DNA of 64,000 nucleotides, taken from NCBI RefSeq assembly GCF_003790525.1, contig NZ_CP033635.1; one strand, written 5' to 3'. Below are positions 28,968-45,518 of the stretch, piece after piece (positions within the stretch are counted from its first letter, which is position 1; every line of letters begins with the position of its first letter). The notes under the pieces were generated by a model. The model had not been told where the DNA came from. It ran no database searches and saw only the letters and a program-made list of their open reading frames with translations. Made by a program: the position numbers and the translations under genes. Source of the stretch: Escherichia coli. GTDB taxonomy: Bacteria > Pseudomonadota > Gammaproteobacteria > Enterobacterales > Enterobacteriaceae.

Positions 28968-29918
28968 ATGAGTATAAAAGAGCAAACGTTAATGACGCCT
29001 TACCTACAGTTTGACCGCAACCAGTGGGCAGCTCTGCGTGATTCCGTACCTATGACGTTATCGGAAGATGAGATCGCCCGTCTCAAAGGTATTAATGAAG
29101 ATCTCTCGTTAGAAGAAGTTGCCGAGATCTATTTACCTCTGTCACGTTTGCTGAACTTCTATATAAGCTCGAATCTGCGCCGTCAGGCAGTTCTGGAACA
29201 GTTTCTTGGTACCAACGGGCAACGCATTCCTTACATTATCAGTATTGCTGGTAGTGTCGCGGTGGGGAAAAGTACAACCGCCCGTGTATTGCAGGCGCTA
29301 TTAAGCCGTTGGCCGGAACATCGTCGTGTTGAACTGATCACGACTGATGGCTTCCTTCACCCTAATCAGGTACTGAAAGAACGTGGTCTGATGAAGAAGA
29401 AAGGCTTCCCGGAATCGTATGATATGCATCGCCTGGTGAAGTTTGTTTCCGATCTCAAATCCGGCGTGCCAAACGTTACAGCACCTGTTTACTCGCATCT
29501 TATTTATGATGTGATCCCGGATGGAGATAAAACGGTTGTTCAGCCTGATATTTTAATTCTTGAAGGGTTAAATGTCTTACAGAGCGGAATGGATTATCCA
29601 CACGATCCACATCATGTATTTGTTTCTGATTTTGTCGATTTTTCGATATATGTTGATGCACCGGAAGACTTACTTCAGACGTGGTATATCAACCGTTTTC
29701 TGAAATTCCGGGAAGGGGCTTTTACAGACCCGGATTCCTATTTTCATAACTACGCGAAATTAACTAAAGAAGAAGCGATTAATACTGCCATGACGTTGTG
29801 GAAAGAGATCAACTGGCTGAACTTAAAGCAAAATATTCTACCTACTCGCGAGCGCGCCAGTTTAATCCTGACGAAAAGTGCTAATCATGCGGTAGAAGAG
29901 GTCAGACTACGCAAATAA
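28968..29918 (+). CDS. coaA: Pantothenate kinase (type I)
   Basis: Start placed at [20 protein letters not shown] (316 aa); Walker A motif GSVAVGKST; the ORF track extends upstream to 28812. Confidence 0.95.
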   Translation: MSIKEQTLMTPYLQFDRNQWAALRDSVPMTLSEDEIARLKGINEDLSLEEVAEIYLPLSRLLNFYISSNLRRQAVLEQFLGTNGQRIPYIISIAGSVAVGKSTTARVLQALLSRWPEHRRVELITTDGFLHPNQVLKERGLMKKKGFPESYDMHRLVKFVSDLKSGVPNVTAPVYSHLIYDVIPDGDKTVVQPDILILEGLNVLQSGMDYPHDPHHVFVSDFVDFSIYVDAPEDLLQTWYINRFLKFREGAFTDPDSYFHNYAKLTKEEAINTAMTLWKEINWLNLKQNILPTRERASLILTKSANHAVEEVRLRK

Positions 29919-29946
29919 TTTTCAGGGGAGCTAATGCTCCCCTATC
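29919..29946. terminator. Probable bidirectional terminator between convergent coaA and birA
   Basis: Palindrome GGGGAGC-TAAT-GCTCCCC flanked by T-rich sequence on both strands. Confidence 0.6.
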
Positions 29947-30912
29947 TTATTTTTCCGCACTACGCAGGGATATTTCACCGCCCATCCAGGGTTTTATTAT
30001 TCCATCCTGCTCAAGCAATAAAGCGCCCTGTTTGTCTATTCCACGTGAAATGCCAAATATTTCTTTATCACCAATGATAAGTTTCACTGGGCGATTAATA
30101 AAATTATCCAGCTTTTCCCAGCGCGAAAGATAAGGTGCCAATCCTTCTTGCTCGAAGAGTTCCAGCGCCGCGCGTAATTCACGTATGAGCATGGCCGCCA
30201 ACGTATTACGATCGAGATTGATTCCCGCTTCCTGCAGCGTGATCCACCCTTGATTAACGACACTCTCTTCAACACGACGCATTGCCATGTTGATCCCGGC
30301 TCCAATGACTATTTGCGCCGCATCGCCGGTTTTGCCAGTTAGCTCCACAAGAATGCCTGCCAGCTTGCGATCCTGCAAATAGAGGTCATTAGGCCATTTA
30401 ACACGAACTTTATCTGCACCCAGCTTGCGTAATACTTCCGCCATCACGATACCGATAACCAGACTTAAACCAATCGCCGCCGCCGGGCCTTGTTCCAGAC
30501 GCCAGAACATCGACAAATATAAGTTTGCGCCAAAAGGCGAAAACCATTTCCGACCCCGGCGACCACGGCCAGCCTGCTGGTATTCTGCAACACAGGCATC
30601 GCCCGATTTAAGCTCTCCGATACGATCAAGAAGGTACTGATTCGTGGAGTCAATAACGGGCAGCACAGTTACACTACCGCCATCCAGCTGACCCAATATC
30701 TGTTCAGCATTAAGTAACTGGATAGGCTCAGGCAGGCTGTATCCTTTACCCGGAACGGTAAAGACATCAACGCCCCAGTCACGCAGTGTCTGAATGTGTT
30801 TATTAATAGCCGCCCGGCTCATTCCTAACGTTTCACCCAACTGCTCACCAGAGTGAAATTCGCCATTCGCTAACAGCGCGATTAATTTCAGCGGAACGGT
30901 ATTATCCTTCAT
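29947..30912 (-). CDS. birA: Bifunctional biotin-[acetyl-CoA-carboxylase] ligase / bio operon repressor BirA
   Basis: 321 aa ORF with N-terminal HTH and biotin-ligase GRGRRGR motif. Confidence 0.96.
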   Translation of the reverse strand: MKDNTVPLKLIALLANGEFHSGEQLGETLGMSRAAINKHIQTLRDWGVDVFTVPGKGYSLPEPIQLLNAEQILGQLDGGSVTVLPVIDSTNQYLLDRIGELKSGDACVAEYQQAGRGRRGRKWFSPFGANLYLSMFWRLEQGPAAAIGLSLVIGIVMAEVLRKLGADKVRVKWPNDLYLQDRKLAGILVELTGKTGDAAQIVIGAGINMAMRRVEESVVNQGWITLQEAGINLDRNTLAAMLIRELRAALELFEQEGLAPYLSRWEKLDNFINRPVKLIIGDKEIFGISRGIDKQGALLLEQDGIIKPWMGGEISLRSAEK

Positions 30913-31937
30913 GAAATCGTCTCCACTGCGCTAACTTCACCTGATGCACCAATAAAGCGAACTTCAGGCTCAAGCCAGACATTAAATTTTTCACCCACTT
31001 TTTGTCTTACATGATGTGCCAGTTGCACCACATCTTCGCTTTTTGCATTGTCTTCATTAATGAGGACTAACGCCTGTTGACGGTGCACCGCAGCCCCACC
31101 CATTTGCATCCCTTTTAGCTGGCACTGATCGATAAGCCAACCTGCTGCCAGTTTTACTGAACCATCCGCCTGGGGATAATTTGGTGCTGTTGGAAATTGT
31201 GCCAGTAATGCTTTAGCCGTTTCGGCAGATACAACAGGGTTTTTGAAGAAACTACCGGCATTGCCATTCACTTTTGGATCAGGGAGTTTGGTGGTGCGCA
31301 TATGACATACCGCATTAAATACTTGCTGTGGCGTTACGGTTGTAGGATCCAGACGAGTTAAGTCACCATACGTTAGTACAGGTTGCCACTCTTTTGGCAG
31401 ACGCAGACCTACGGCTACAATGGCGAAGCGGTCCTGGTATTCATGTTTAAAAATACTGTCGCGATAGCCAAAACGGCACTCTTTGGCAGTTAAGCGCACT
31501 TGCTTGCCTGTCGCCAGTTCAACACAGTCAACATAAGCGCAAACTCGCTGTAATTCTACGCCATAAGCACCAATATTCTGGATAGGTGATGAGCCGACAC
31601 AACCAGGAATTAATGCCAGATTTTCCAGACCAGGCATACCTTCCTGCAAAGTGTATTTTACCAGGCGATGCCAGTTTTCTCCGGCTCCTACATGTAAATA
31701 CCACGCATCAGGTTCATCATGAATTTCGATACCTTTGATCCGGTTGATGATCACCGTACCGCGATAGTCTTCCAGAAAAAGTACATTACTTCCTTCACCC
31801 AGAATAAGAACGGATTGTCCTTTTGCGGTTGCATGCTGCCAGGCATTGAGTAGTTGTTGTTCGTCTTCGGCACATACAATGTGCTGAGCATTATGATCAA
31901 TGCCAAATGTGTTCCAGGGTTTTAAGGAGTGGTTCAT
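30909..31937 (-). CDS. murB: UDP-N-acetylenolpyruvoylglucosamine reductase MurB
   Basis: 342 aa ORF; overlaps birA by 4 nt as in K-12. Confidence 0.96.
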   Translation of the reverse strand: MNHSLKPWNTFGIDHNAQHIVCAEDEQQLLNAWQHATAKGQSVLILGEGSNVLFLEDYRGTVIINRIKGIEIHDEPDAWYLHVGAGENWHRLVKYTLQEGMPGLENLALIPGCVGSSPIQNIGAYGVELQRVCAYVDCVELATGKQVRLTAKECRFGYRDSIFKHEYQDRFAIVAVGLRLPKEWQPVLTYGDLTRLDPTTVTPQQVFNAVCHMRTTKLPDPKVNGNAGSFFKNPVVSAETAKALLAQFPTAPNYPQADGSVKLAAGWLIDQCQLKGMQMGGAAVHRQQALVLINEDNAKSEDVVQLAHHVRQKVGEKFNVWLEPEVRFIGASGEVSAVETIS

Positions 31938-32028
31938 AGCTGCTTTCCTGATGCAAAAACGAGGCTAGTTTACCGTATCTGTGGGGGGATGGCTTGTAGT
32001 TATGACGACAGGGAGTGTTTGTAGAAAC

Positions 32029-32057
32029 GCAAAAAGGCCCAGTCTTCCGACTGGGCC
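32029..32057 (-). terminator. rrnB operon terminator (single hairpin; T2-like flanks with T1-like stem)
   Basis: Minus-strand AGAAGGCCCAGTCGGAAGACTGGGCCTTTTTGCGTTT immediately 3' of 5S rRNA. Confidence 0.8.
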
Positions 32058-32071
32058 TTCTGCTTAATTTG

Positions 32072-32191
32072 ATGCCTGGCAGTTCCCTACTCTCGCATGG
32101 GGAGACCCCACACTACCATCGGCGCTACGGCGTTTCACTTCTGAGTTCGGCATGGGGTCAGGTGGGACCACCGCGCTAAGGCCGCCAGGCA
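32072..32191 (-). rRNA. rrfB: 5S ribosomal RNA
   Basis: 120-nt reverse complement of TGCCTGGCGGCC...GGGAACTGCCAGGCAT, matching E. coli 5S as I recall it. Confidence 0.97.
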
Positions 32192-32283
32192 AATTCTGTT
32201 TCATCAGACCGCTTCTGCGTTCTGATTTAATCTGTATCAGGCTGAAAATCTTCTCTCTTCCGCCAAAACATCTTCGGCGTTGT

Positions 32284-35187
<2,904 letters not shown>

Positions 35188-35380
35188 TCACAACCCGAAG
35201 ATGTTTCTTTCGATTCGTCATCGTGTTGCGAAAATTTGAGAGACTCACGAACAACTTTCGTTGTTCAGTGTTTCAATTTTCAGCTTGATCCAGATTTTTA
35301 AAGAGCAAATATCTCAAACGTCACCCGAAGATGAGTTTTGAGATATTAAGGCAGGTGACTTTCACTCACAAACCAGCAAG

Positions 35381-35456
35381 TGGCGTCCCCTAGGGGATTC
35401 GAACCCCTGTTACCGCCGTGAAAGGGCGGTGTCCTGGGCCTCTAGACGAAGGGGAC
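35381..35456 (-). tRNA. gltT: tRNA-Glu (spacer tRNA of rrnB)
   Basis: Reverse complement GTCCCCTTCGTCTAGAGGCCCAGGACACCGCCCTTTCACGGCGGTAACAGGGGTTCGAATCCCCTAGGGGACGCCA. Confidence 0.96.
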
Positions 35457-35541
35457 GTATCAGTCTGCTTCGCAAGACGCCTTGCTTTTCACTTTCTATC
35501 AGACAATCTGTGTGAGCACTTCAAAGAACGCTTCTTTAAGG

Positions 35542-37083
<1,542 letters not shown>

Positions 37084-37258
37084 AAAAGTTTGATGCTCAA
37101 AGAATTAAACTTCGTAATGAATTACGTGTTCACTCTTGAGACTTGGTATTCATTTTTCGTCTTGCGACGTTAAGAATCCGTATCTTCGAGTGCCCACACA
37201 GATTGTCTGATAAATTGTTAAAGAGCAGTGCCGCTTCGCTTTTTCTCAGCGGCGCGGG

Positions 37259-37292
37259 GTGTGCATAATACGCTTTCCCGCTACAGAGTCAA
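37259..37292 (-). promoter_or_regulatory. rrnB P2 promoter
   Basis: Reverse complement TTGACTCTGTAGCGGGAAGGCGTATTATGCACAC. Confidence 0.85.
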
Positions 37293-37378
37293 GCATTTTT
37301 TTGCTTTTCTCTGTTGAGATTCTCAGGAGAACCCCGCTGACCCGGCGGCGTGTTTGCCGTTGTTCCGTGTCAGTGGTG

Positions 37379-37440
37379 GCGCATTATAGGGAGTTATTCC
37401 GGCCTGACAAGAGGAAATTTAAAATAATTTTCTGACCGCG
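37379..37440 (-). promoter_or_regulatory. rrnB P1 promoter with A/T-rich UP element
   Basis: Reverse complement AGAAAATTATTTTAAATTTCCTCTTGTCAGGCCGGAATAACTCCCTATAATGCGCC (-35 TTGTCA, -10 TATAAT, upstream A/T tract); Fis sites expected further upstream, overlapping the murI 3' end. Confidence 0.9.
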
Positions 37441-37455
37441 CAACATTCAACCAAA

Positions 37456-38313
37456 TCAGCCTAAAACTGCCAGTTTTTCGAGCGTTTCGAAGCCGTAACG
37501 CTGTAAAACGGGCAATAATTGTTCAGCTTCTGGCGTCATTGCCATACAAAAGGCAATATTCGCATCGGCAGATTTTGCATCCGGGGCTTCATGTTCTAAC
37601 AGCCAGGCCGTTCGGCGAGCAATCGCTGCGCCAGAATCCACCAGCCGGGTTCCCTCTGGCAGCACCTGTAACAGTTCTTCTTGTAGTAGAGGGAAATGGG
37701 TACACCCCAGTACAACGGTATCTGGCGGCTCTTTCATTCTTAACCACGGACGCAAGATACGTTTTAGCGCATCCAGAGAAACATCTTCGCCATGCAGCTT
37801 CGCTTCAGCCAACTCAACCATCTCTGCCGAACCCAGCATTTCTATCTGGCATTCATTAGCGAAACGCGCGATCAGCTCATGAGTATAAGAACGTTTAACT
37901 GTTCCGCGGGTTGCCAGTAATCCGACAATGCCATTTGCCGTCAGACGTGCAGCAGGTTTAATCGCCGGCACGACACCAACAACCGGGAAGTCGAACTTTT
38001 CGCGTAATGCAGGAAGTGAAACGGTACTGGCAGTGTTGCAAGCGACCACAGCCAGCGCAAGGGGATAACGTTTTTGCACTGCGGTGACAATTGCCACCAC
38101 TCGCTCAACAATAAACGCTTCGCTTTTTTCGCCATACGGGAAAGCGACGTTATCGAAAGCATAAATGTAATGGAGATCCGGTAAGAGATGCCGGATCTCG
38201 TCATAGACCGACAACCCACCGACGCCGGAGTCAAACACCAGCACGGTGGGACGTGGTTCAGAAGGTGTAGCTGCCAGACAAGGTGTATTCCCGTCCTGCA
38301 GTTTGGTAGCCAT
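37456..38313 (-). CDS. murI: Glutamate racemase MurI
   Basis: Start placed at [33 protein letters not shown] (285 aa); the ORF track starts 4 codons upstream; overlaps btuB 3' end by 56 nt. Confidence 0.93.
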   Translation of the reverse strand: MATKLQDGNTPCLAATPSEPRPTVLVFDSGVGGLSVYDEIRHLLPDLHYIYAFDNVAFPYGEKSEAFIVERVVAIVTAVQKRYPLALAVVACNTASTVSLPALREKFDFPVVGVVPAIKPAARLTANGIVGLLATRGTVKRSYTHELIARFANECQIEMLGSAEMVELAEAKLHGEDVSLDALKRILRPWLRMKEPPDTVVLGCTHFPLLQEELLQVLPEGTRLVDSGAAIARRTAWLLEHEAPDAKSADANIAFCMAMTPEAEQLLPVLQRYGFETLEKLAVLG

Positions 38314-40102
38314 AGACTGTCTCATAATCTTTGTCGAACAGGTTGGCTATTTTACCACGAACTGTCAGATGAGAGGTGACCGGATACGCAACCGCAAGAT
38401 CCCACAAGCTCACACCGCCCATTTTAACGGTTTGATAAGGATAAGATGAGTAATCCTTATCATAGCGAGTGCCTAAATACTGATAAGTAATACCCCAGTC
38501 GAAGTCATACAATTGCCAGTCGAGCTGGTATTTCACCTGCTGTTTAGCACGGCGTAACAACGGCACGTCGGTAATCGCATTACGCGCATCGACATAATCA
38601 TAACTCACAGTATGCGTCAGTGGTCCGGTATCAAAATTGGCGGTCGCCTCGACCCCCTTAATCCGCGCTTTCCCTTCGTTGTAATATTTCAGGGTGTGAT
38701 CATCATAATCGATCAAATCACTGACATCGTTACGATATCCGGAAATACGCCAGTTCACCCCAGCGGTTAAGCCTTCAAACGCGCCTTCCCACTGTTTGCT
38801 TTTCTCAGGATTCAGATTCGGATTTCCGTAGAAACCATACAGTTGCCCAAGATTAGGTGCCTTGTACGACGTGCCATAAGAAGCGATAAAACGATAGCCT
38901 TCGATGAATTCCCAACCGGCACTCGTTTGCCAGGTTCCATGACGACCAAACTGTGAGTTATCGTCGCTGCGGGCTGCGCCTTCAAATGTAAAATCGCCGA
39001 CTTGTTGCAATCCGGTCAGATAGATACCAGTGTTACGTTGATCATACCCATCCTCAACATAACCAGTACCCGGCGTCGTAGTCTGTTTCTGCCAGTCAAC
39101 GCCCGCACCAATATTACCGTGGCCAACGGTAACGTTATTTGCCCACTGGACGGTGTACTGCTTCATCTCATCCAGCGTCGCGGACGAATCATAACGACCA
39201 TAATGGGGATCGTAGTTGTAATCTTTGCTATGGCTATAGCTGGTAATGAGTTGTGATTTAATCAGTTCACCGTTATAGCGCAGCCCGGCGTCCCAACTTT
39301 GGCTATAGAGTTTACGGGTATCGAGCAACGGTGAGCCGGGAGAATAATACGCGTCATAATTGGTACGGTTATCATAGCCATAGCCGCGCACAAAGCCGCT
39401 CCAGGCATCAGTAAAGTTATGCTCCAGCGCGCCATAAAGCGTTTTACTTAAAAAACCATCGTTATCTGTCTGCGCTTGCGTTCCGGTATTACCATAGGCA
39501 ACAACATCATAACCATGAGTATGGGCATAATCGCCCAACAGCGTTACCCGTGTCTTATCCCCCAGTTGTTGCTGCGTGGAGACATCATAGTTCTGATAAC
39601 TATTGCTTCCCCACCCTGCTGAAATTTCCGTTCCGGGTTCATCGCGCGTCGTGATGATATTCACCACCCCGCCTATTGCATCGGAACCATAAACAGCGGA
39701 GCGCGGTCCACGGATATATTCAATACGCTGGACAAGCGCAATAGGGAACTGGCTAAGGTCGGCAGAACCACTCACTCCCGCCAGATTCAGGCGGACGCCA
39801 TCAATTAACACCAGCACATGACTGGCATTTGTACCGCGAATAAAAATAGATGAGAGCTGACCTGAACCGCCGTTTTGGGTGATATCGACGCCCGGAAGAC
39901 GGCGCAGCACATCATTGACCGAGGTCGACTGCCAGCGGTCGATATCCTGACGGGTCACAACGGTGGTTGGTGCAAGCACAGTGCTGCGCGGCTGTTCAAA
40001 ACGGTTAGCAGTAACGACGAGAGTATCCGGGCTGGTATCCTGTGCCCAAGCAGAAAAGGCTGTGACAGAACACGCCGTCAGCAGCGAAGCTTTTTTAATC
40101 AT
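38258..40102 (-). CDS. btuB: TonB-dependent vitamin B12 outer-membrane transporter BtuB
   Basis: Start placed at [20 protein letters not shown] signal peptide (614 aa); TonB box DTLVVTA; C-terminal aromatic residue. Confidence 0.96.
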   Translation of the reverse strand: MIKKASLLTACSVTAFSAWAQDTSPDTLVVTANRFEQPRSTVLAPTTVVTRQDIDRWQSTSVNDVLRRLPGVDITQNGGSGQLSSIFIRGTNASHVLVLIDGVRLNLAGVSGSADLSQFPIALVQRIEYIRGPRSAVYGSDAIGGVVNIITTRDEPGTEISAGWGSNSYQNYDVSTQQQLGDKTRVTLLGDYAHTHGYDVVAYGNTGTQAQTDNDGFLSKTLYGALEHNFTDAWSGFVRGYGYDNRTNYDAYYSPGSPLLDTRKLYSQSWDAGLRYNGELIKSQLITSYSHSKDYNYDPHYGRYDSSATLDEMKQYTVQWANNVTVGHGNIGAGVDWQKQTTTPGTGYVEDGYDQRNTGIYLTGLQQVGDFTFEGAARSDDNSQFGRHGTWQTSAGWEFIEGYRFIASYGTSYKAPNLGQLYGFYGNPNLNPEKSKQWEGAFEGLTAGVNWRISGYRNDVSDLIDYDDHTLKYYNEGKARIKGVEATANFDTGPLTHTVSYDYVDARNAITDVPLLRRAKQQVKYQLDWQLYDFDWGITYQYLGTRYDKDYSSYPYQTVKMGGVSLWDLAVAYPVTSHLTVRGKIANLFDKDYETVYGYQTAGREYTLSGSYTF

Positions 40103-40345
40103 TGTAAAGCATCCACAATAGAAGAAGGATGCCGCAGGTTTCATCAATATTACGCGATGATGAGAACCAGATGCGACGTTAGCCGGCAGGTCTTCGGGCT
40201 TGGAGGGGTATCTAAGATACTAAGAGATGATGACTTCCCACCGGATGGCAGTGTCCGCATAACGCAATCATCGCACCTTTCCTTACCGCTGCGCGTCAGC
40301 TCCAGATTCGCACTGGATTCCCTATTAACTCACAGGACCGGCAAG
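40103..40345 (-). promoter_or_regulatory. Cobalamin (B12) riboswitch / btuB leader
   Basis: Reverse complement contains GCCGGTCCTGTGAGTTAATAGGGAATCCAGTGCGAATCTGGAGCTGACGCGCAGCGGTAAGGAAAGGTGCGATGATTGCGTTATGCGGACACTGCCATCCGGTGGGAAGTCATCATCTCTTAGTATCTTAGATACCCCTCCAAGCCCGAAGACCTGCCGGC with the B12-box. Confidence 0.88.
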
Positions 40346-40470
40346 TGGATGCTACAGGTTGTAACAAGTTACTGTCCAGACGTAGCTCACAAATAGGAAT
40401 TCATCAAGATCTGGACATCTGATGAGCAATCCCTACAATCGCCGCGTACTTTAATTTTTCAGGATACATC

Positions 40471-41571
40471 ATGACCCCCGAACACCTTCCAACAGAACAG
40501 TATGAAGCGCAGTTAGCCGAAAAAGTGGTACGTTTGCAAAGTATGATGGCACCGTTTTCTGACCTGGTTCCGGAAGTGTTTCGCTCGCCGGTCAGTCATT
40601 ACCGGATGCGTGCGGAGTTCCGCATCTGGCACGATGGCGATGACCTGTATCACATCATTTTCGATCAACAAACCAAAAGCCGCATCCGCGTGGATAGCTT
40701 CCCCGCCGCCAGTGAACTTATCAACCAGTTGATGACGGCGATGATTGCGGGTGTGCGTAATAATCCCGTTCTGCGCCACAAGTTGTTCCAGATTGATTAC
40801 CTCACCACGCTGAGTAATCAGGCGGTGGTTTCCCTGCTGTACCATAAGAAGCTGGATGATGAGTGGCGTCAGGAAGCGGAAGCCCTGCGCGACGCACTGC
40901 GAGCGCAGAATCTGAATGTGCATCTGATTGGTCGGGCAACGAAAACCAAAATCGAGCTGGATCAAGATTACATCGATGAACGTCTGCCGGTCGCAGGGAA
41001 AGAGATGATCTACCGTCAGGTAGAAAACAGCTTTACCCAGCCGAACGCGGCGATGAATATTCAGATGCTGGAATGGGCGCTGGACGTAACCAAAGGCTCA
41101 AAAGGCGATTTACTGGAGCTGTACTGCGGCAACGGTAACTTTTCATTAGCACTGGCGCGCAATTTTGATCGGGTATTAGCCACCGAAATCGCTAAGCCGT
41201 CGGTCGCTGCCGCGCAATACAACATTGCCGCTAACCATATTGATAACGTACAAATTATTCGTATGGCGGCAGAAGAATTTACTCAGGCGATGAATGGCGT
41301 ACGCGAGTTTAACCGCCTGCAAGGGATCGATTTAAAGAGTTATCAGTGCGAAACCATTTTTGTCGACCCACCACGCAGCGGTCTGGACGGTGAAACCGAG
41401 AAAATGGTGCAGGCGTATCCACGTATTCTGTATATCTCCTGCAATCCGGAAACGTTATGCAAGAATCTGGAAACATTAAGTCAGACGCACAAGGTCGAAC
41501 GTCTGGCTCTGTTTGATCAGTTCCCCTACACGCACCATATGGAGTGCGGCGTATTACTGACCGCGAAGTAA
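40471..41571 (+). CDS. trmA: tRNA (uracil54-C5)-methyltransferase TrmA
   Basis: 366 aa ORF with SAM-MTase motifs; divergent from btuB as in K-12. Confidence 0.95.
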   Translation: MTPEHLPTEQYEAQLAEKVVRLQSMMAPFSDLVPEVFRSPVSHYRMRAEFRIWHDGDDLYHIIFDQQTKSRIRVDSFPAASELINQLMTAMIAGVRNNPVLRHKLFQIDYLTTLSNQAVVSLLYHKKLDDEWRQEAEALRDALRAQNLNVHLIGRATKTKIELDQDYIDERLPVAGKEMIYRQVENSFTQPNAAMNIQMLEWALDVTKGSKGDLLELYCGNGNFSLALARNFDRVLATEIAKPSVAAAQYNIAANHIDNVQIIRMAAEEFTQAMNGVREFNRLQGIDLKSYQCETIFVDPPRSGLDGETEKMVQAYPRILYISCNPETLCKNLETLSQTHKVERLALFDQFPYTHHMECGVLLTAK

Positions 41572-41610
41572 AACCCATGCCGGATGCATCAGCATCCGGC
41601 ATGATACCGA

Positions 41611-41970
41611 TTACTCAGCAACTTCCTGCTTACGGTTACGCATCTTCGCGCCAATCCAGAACACCATAATGACGGACAGTACTGCCGGGAAGAAGTTAGA
41701 GCCGATATCCGGATACTCCGCACGAACTACCGTGCTGTACAGCAGTACGCCGAGAATAAAACAGGCAGCTGCCAGACCCGGCAAGCCTACCGGCATAGTG
41801 CGATTAAGATAACGTTGATGCAGGCAGTAAACCGTCAGCACCAGGGAAATAATCGGGAATACAGAAAATGGCACAATGGAGCTAAACAGCGCTGCGAAAG
41901 TACCATTAATCGATAAGCCAGCAACTAACGCCAGCAGCAGCGTACCTCTATCTTGATTTGCTTGTTTCAT
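41611..41970 (-). CDS. yijD: Conserved inner-membrane protein YijD (DUF1422)
   Basis: 119 aa hydrophobic ORF directly downstream of fabR. Confidence 0.85.
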
Positions 41971-42674
41971 TACTCGTCCTTCACATTTCCCGGAATAATT
42001 GCGGTTTTCTCTTGTTCACGGCGATACCAGTAATAAGCCCCTTTCGAAATCATTCGCAGTTGCAGTACCAGTCGCTCTTCTAATTGCCGACGTTGTTCAA
42101 CGCCGACGTCCAACGCCTCGGCACCCGCACTGAAGACAATCGTCACCATGGCTTCGGCTTGCGCTTCAGTAAACGCACGCGGCATATGGTTTTCGAGTTC
42201 CAGATAGTCCGCAAGTTCCGCAATGAAGTGCTGAATTTCACGCGCAACGGCGGCACGAAACGCAGCGGAGGTACCGGAGCGTTCCCGCAATAATAACCGG
42301 AAGGCGTTAGGATTATTACCGATGAACTCCATAAATGTGGAGACCGAGGTGCGGATCACACTCCCGCCTTTGGCGATACGCTGACGCGCCTGGCGCATGA
42401 GTTGGCGTAGCATTAAACCGCTCTCATCAACCATGGTCAGACCCAGTTCGTCTACGTCGCGGAAATGCCGATAAAAAGAGGTGGGAGCAATGCCCGCTTC
42501 ACGCGCCACTTCACGCAAACTCAGGCTGGCGAAGCTGCGTTCAGCACTTAATTGGCTAAATGCGGCTTCCACCAGCGAACGGCGGGTTTTTTCTTTTTGT
42601 TGCGCTCTTACGCCCATCACGATGTCTGAATCCTTGCCAAAAGTACTGCTGGCACTATACCAGAGAATGAACAT
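41970..42674 (-). CDS. fabR: TetR-family repressor of unsaturated fatty-acid synthesis FabR
   Basis: TetR HTH ([19 protein letters not shown]); start ambiguous: ATG options at 42713, 42674 or 42617 (MGVRAQQ...). Confidence 0.85.
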
Positions 42675-42951
42675 ACTGGATTGCTCCAGTGTTGTGAATG
42701 AACGGTAACGCAATAAAACATATTTACTGCAATTCTTTGGCCGGTTCTTTTACGTACAACGGAAACCTGCCGCTTAAACGGAGAGTATCGTCGATAAAAA
42801 TCCAATAAAACGTTCAGGTCAAAAGTAAGAAACAGACAAAGCAAAGGCCGCTCACGATATAGCCAGATAAATGACGGGGATCAATTGGCTTACCCGCGAT
42901 AAAATGTTACCATTCTGTTGCTTTTATGTATAAGAACAGGTAAGCCCTACC

Positions 42952-44352
42952 ATGCCACATTCCTACGATTACGATGCCATAGTAATAGGTTCCGGCCCCG
43001 GCGGCGAAGGCGCTGCAATGGGCCTGGTTAAGCAAGGTGCGCGCGTCGCAGTTATCGAGCGTTATCAAAATGTTGGCGGCGGTTGCACCCACTGGGGCAC
43101 CATCCCGTCGAAAGCTCTCCGTCACGCCGTCAGCCGCATTATAGAATTTAATCAAAACCCACTTTACAGCGACCATTCGCGACTGCTCCGCTCTTCTTTT
43201 GCCGATATCCTTAACCATGCCGATAACGTGATTAATCAACAAACGCGCATGCGTCAGGGATTTTACGAACGTAATCACTGTGAAATATTGCAGGGAAACG
43301 CTCGCTTTGTTGACGAGCACACGCTGGCGCTGGATTGCCCGGACGGCAGCGTTGAAACACTAACCGCTGAAAAATTTGTTATTGCCTGCGGCTCTCGTCC
43401 ATATCATCCAACAGATGTTGATTTCACCCATCCACGCATTTACGACAGCGACTCAATTCTTAGCATGCACCACGAACCGCGCCATGTACTTATCTATGGT
43501 GCTGGAGTGATCGGCTGTGAATATGCGTCGATCTTCCGCGGTATGGATGTAAAAGTGGATCTGATCAACACCCGCGATCGGCTGTTGGCGTTTCTCGATC
43601 AAGAGATGTCAGATTCTCTCTCCTATCACTTCTGGAACAGTGGCGTAGTGATTCGTCACAACGAAGAGTACGAGAAGATCGAAGGCTGTGACGACGGTGT
43701 GATCATGCATCTGAAGTCGGGTAAAAAACTGAAAGCTGACTGCCTGCTCTATGCCAACGGTCGCACCGGTAATACTGATTCGCTGGCGTTACAGAACATT
43801 GGGCTGGAAACTGACAGTCGCGGACAGCTGAAGGTCAACAGCATGTATCAGACCGCACAGCCGCACGTTTACGCGGTGGGCGACGTGATTGGTTATCCGA
43901 GCCTGGCGTCGGCAGCCTATGACCAGGGGCGCATTGCCGCGCAGGCGCTGGTGAAAGGTGAAGCCAACGCACATCTGATTGAAGATATCCCTACCGGCAT
44001 TTACACCATCCCGGAAATCAGCTCTGTGGGCAAAACCGAACAGCAGCTAACCGCGATGAAAGTGCCATATGAAGTGGGCCGCGCCCAGTTTAAACATCTG
44101 GCACGTGCACAAATCGTCGGCATGAACGTGGGCACGCTGAAAATTTTGTTCCATCGGGAAACAAAAGAGATTCTGGGTATTCACTGCTTTGGCGAGCGCG
44201 CTGCCGAAATTATTCATATCGGTCAGGCGATTATGGAACAGAAAGGTGGCGGCAACACTATTGAGTACTTCGTCAACACCACCTTTAACTACCCGACGAT
44301 GGCGGAAGCCTATCGGGTAGCTGCGCTAAATGGCTTAAACCGCCTGTTTTAA
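42952..44352 (+). CDS. sthA: Soluble pyridine nucleotide transhydrogenase
   Basis: 466 aa [25 protein letters not shown]... flavoprotein disulfide-reductase fold; 3' end overlaps convergent oxyR. Confidence 0.96.
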   Translation: MPHSYDYDAIVIGSGPGGEGAAMGLVKQGARVAVIERYQNVGGGCTHWGTIPSKALRHAVSRIIEFNQNPLYSDHSRLLRSSFADILNHADNVINQQTRMRQGFYERNHCEILQGNARFVDEHTLALDCPDGSVETLTAEKFVIACGSRPYHPTDVDFTHPRIYDSDSILSMHHEPRHVLIYGAGVIGCEYASIFRGMDVKVDLINTRDRLLAFLDQEMSDSLSYHFWNSGVVIRHNEEYEKIEGCDDGVIMHLKSGKKLKADCLLYANGRTGNTDSLALQNIGLETDSRGQLKVNSMYQTAQPHVYAVGDVIGYPSLASAAYDQGRIAAQALVKGEANAHLIEDIPTGIYTIPEISSVGKTEQQLTAMKVPYEVGRAQFKHLARAQIVGMNVGTLKILFHRETKEILGIHCFGERAAEIIHIGQAIMEQKGGGNTIEYFVNTTFNYPTMAEAYRVAALNGLNRLF

Positions 44353-45252
44353 CACTTTATCGAAATGGCCATCCATTCTTGCGCGGATGGCCTCTGCCAG
44401 CTGCTCATAGCGGCTGCGCAGTGGTGAGCCAGGACGATAAACCAGGCCAATAGTGCGGCGTGGTTCCGGCTTAATGCACGGCAGATAAACAACCCCATCG
44501 CGTTTGCGTTCCGGCGGCACAGCCAGCGCAGGCAGTAAAGTGATTCCGCTACCTGCCGCCACCATGTTGCGCAGCGTCTCCAGGCTGGTCGCGCGGAAGT
44601 GTGTATCTTCATCCGCCCCGGCTTCAAAACAGAACCCCATTGCCTGATCGCGCAAACAGTGACCATCTTCCAGCATCAGCAGTTTTTCTCCTGCCAGATC
44701 GGCCATCGGTACGCATTCGCGGTTCGCCCACGGGTGATCTTCATAGATAGCCAGCAACATTGGCTCATCAAACAACGGCACTTCAATGAATGCTTCGCTC
44801 TCTTTCACCAGCGCGAGGATCACGCAATCGAGCTTGCCGCTGTCCAGTTGCGCCAGTAACTGGTGGGTCTGTGCTTCATGCAGATACATTTCCAGCTTTG
44901 GAAAGGTCTGGTGCAGCATCGGGATAATATGCGGTAGCAGATACGGTCCAACCGTGGGAATCAAACCAATATGCAGCGGCCCGGACATCGTCTCGCCCTG
45001 CTGGCTTGCCATCTCTTTAAGGACTTTCACCTCACGCAGCACGGTACGCGCCTGATCCACCAGCAGCATTCCCGCCTGGGTGAACAATACTTTACGGCTG
45101 GTCCGCTCCAGCAACATCACGCCCAGCTCATCTTCCAGCTTACGAATTTGCCCGCTAAGCGTCGGCTGGCTAACGTGGCAGGAATCTGCCGCACGCCGAA
45201 AATGGCGGTGTTCAGCCAATGCCACCAGGTACTCAAGATCACGAATATTCAT
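44335..45252 (-). CDS. oxyR: LysR-family hydrogen-peroxide-sensing regulator OxyR
   Basis: Start placed at [45 protein letters not shown] (305 aa); the ORF track extends 15 codons upstream. Confidence 0.96.
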   Translation of the reverse strand: MNIRDLEYLVALAEHRHFRRAADSCHVSQPTLSGQIRKLEDELGVMLLERTSRKVLFTQAGMLLVDQARTVLREVKVLKEMASQQGETMSGPLHIGLIPTVGPYLLPHIIPMLHQTFPKLEMYLHEAQTHQLLAQLDSGKLDCVILALVKESEAFIEVPLFDEPMLLAIYEDHPWANRECVPMADLAGEKLLMLEDGHCLRDQAMGFCFEAGADEDTHFRATSLETLRNMVAAGSGITLLPALAVPPERKRDGVVYLPCIKPEPRRTIGLVYRPGSPLRSRYEQLAEAIRARMDGHFDKVLKQAV

Positions 45253-45346
45253 TATCCATCCTCCATTGCCACGATAGTTCGCGGCGATAGGTAGCATAGC
45301 AACGAACGATTATCCCTATCAAGCATTCTGACTGATAATTGCTCAC

Positions 45347-45455
45347 AGAAACGGAGCGGCACCTCTTTTAACCCTTGAAGTCACTGCCCGTTTCGAGAGT
45401 TTCTCAACTCGAATAACTAAAGCCAACGTGAACTTTTGCGGATCTCCAGGATCCG
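45347..45455 (+). ncRNA. oxyS: OxyS small regulatory RNA
   Basis: 109-nt GAAACGGAGCGGCACCTCTTTTAACCCTTGAAGTCACTGCCCGTTTCGAGAGTTTCTCAACTCGAATAACTAAAGCCAACGTGAACTTTTGCGGATCTCCAGGATCCGC followed by a T-run; divergent from oxyR. Confidence 0.93.
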
Positions 45456-45518
45456 CTTTTTTTTTGCCATAAAAAGCCCAGCGATAAGCCAGGCTCAAAT
45501 TAATACATATAAATGTTC

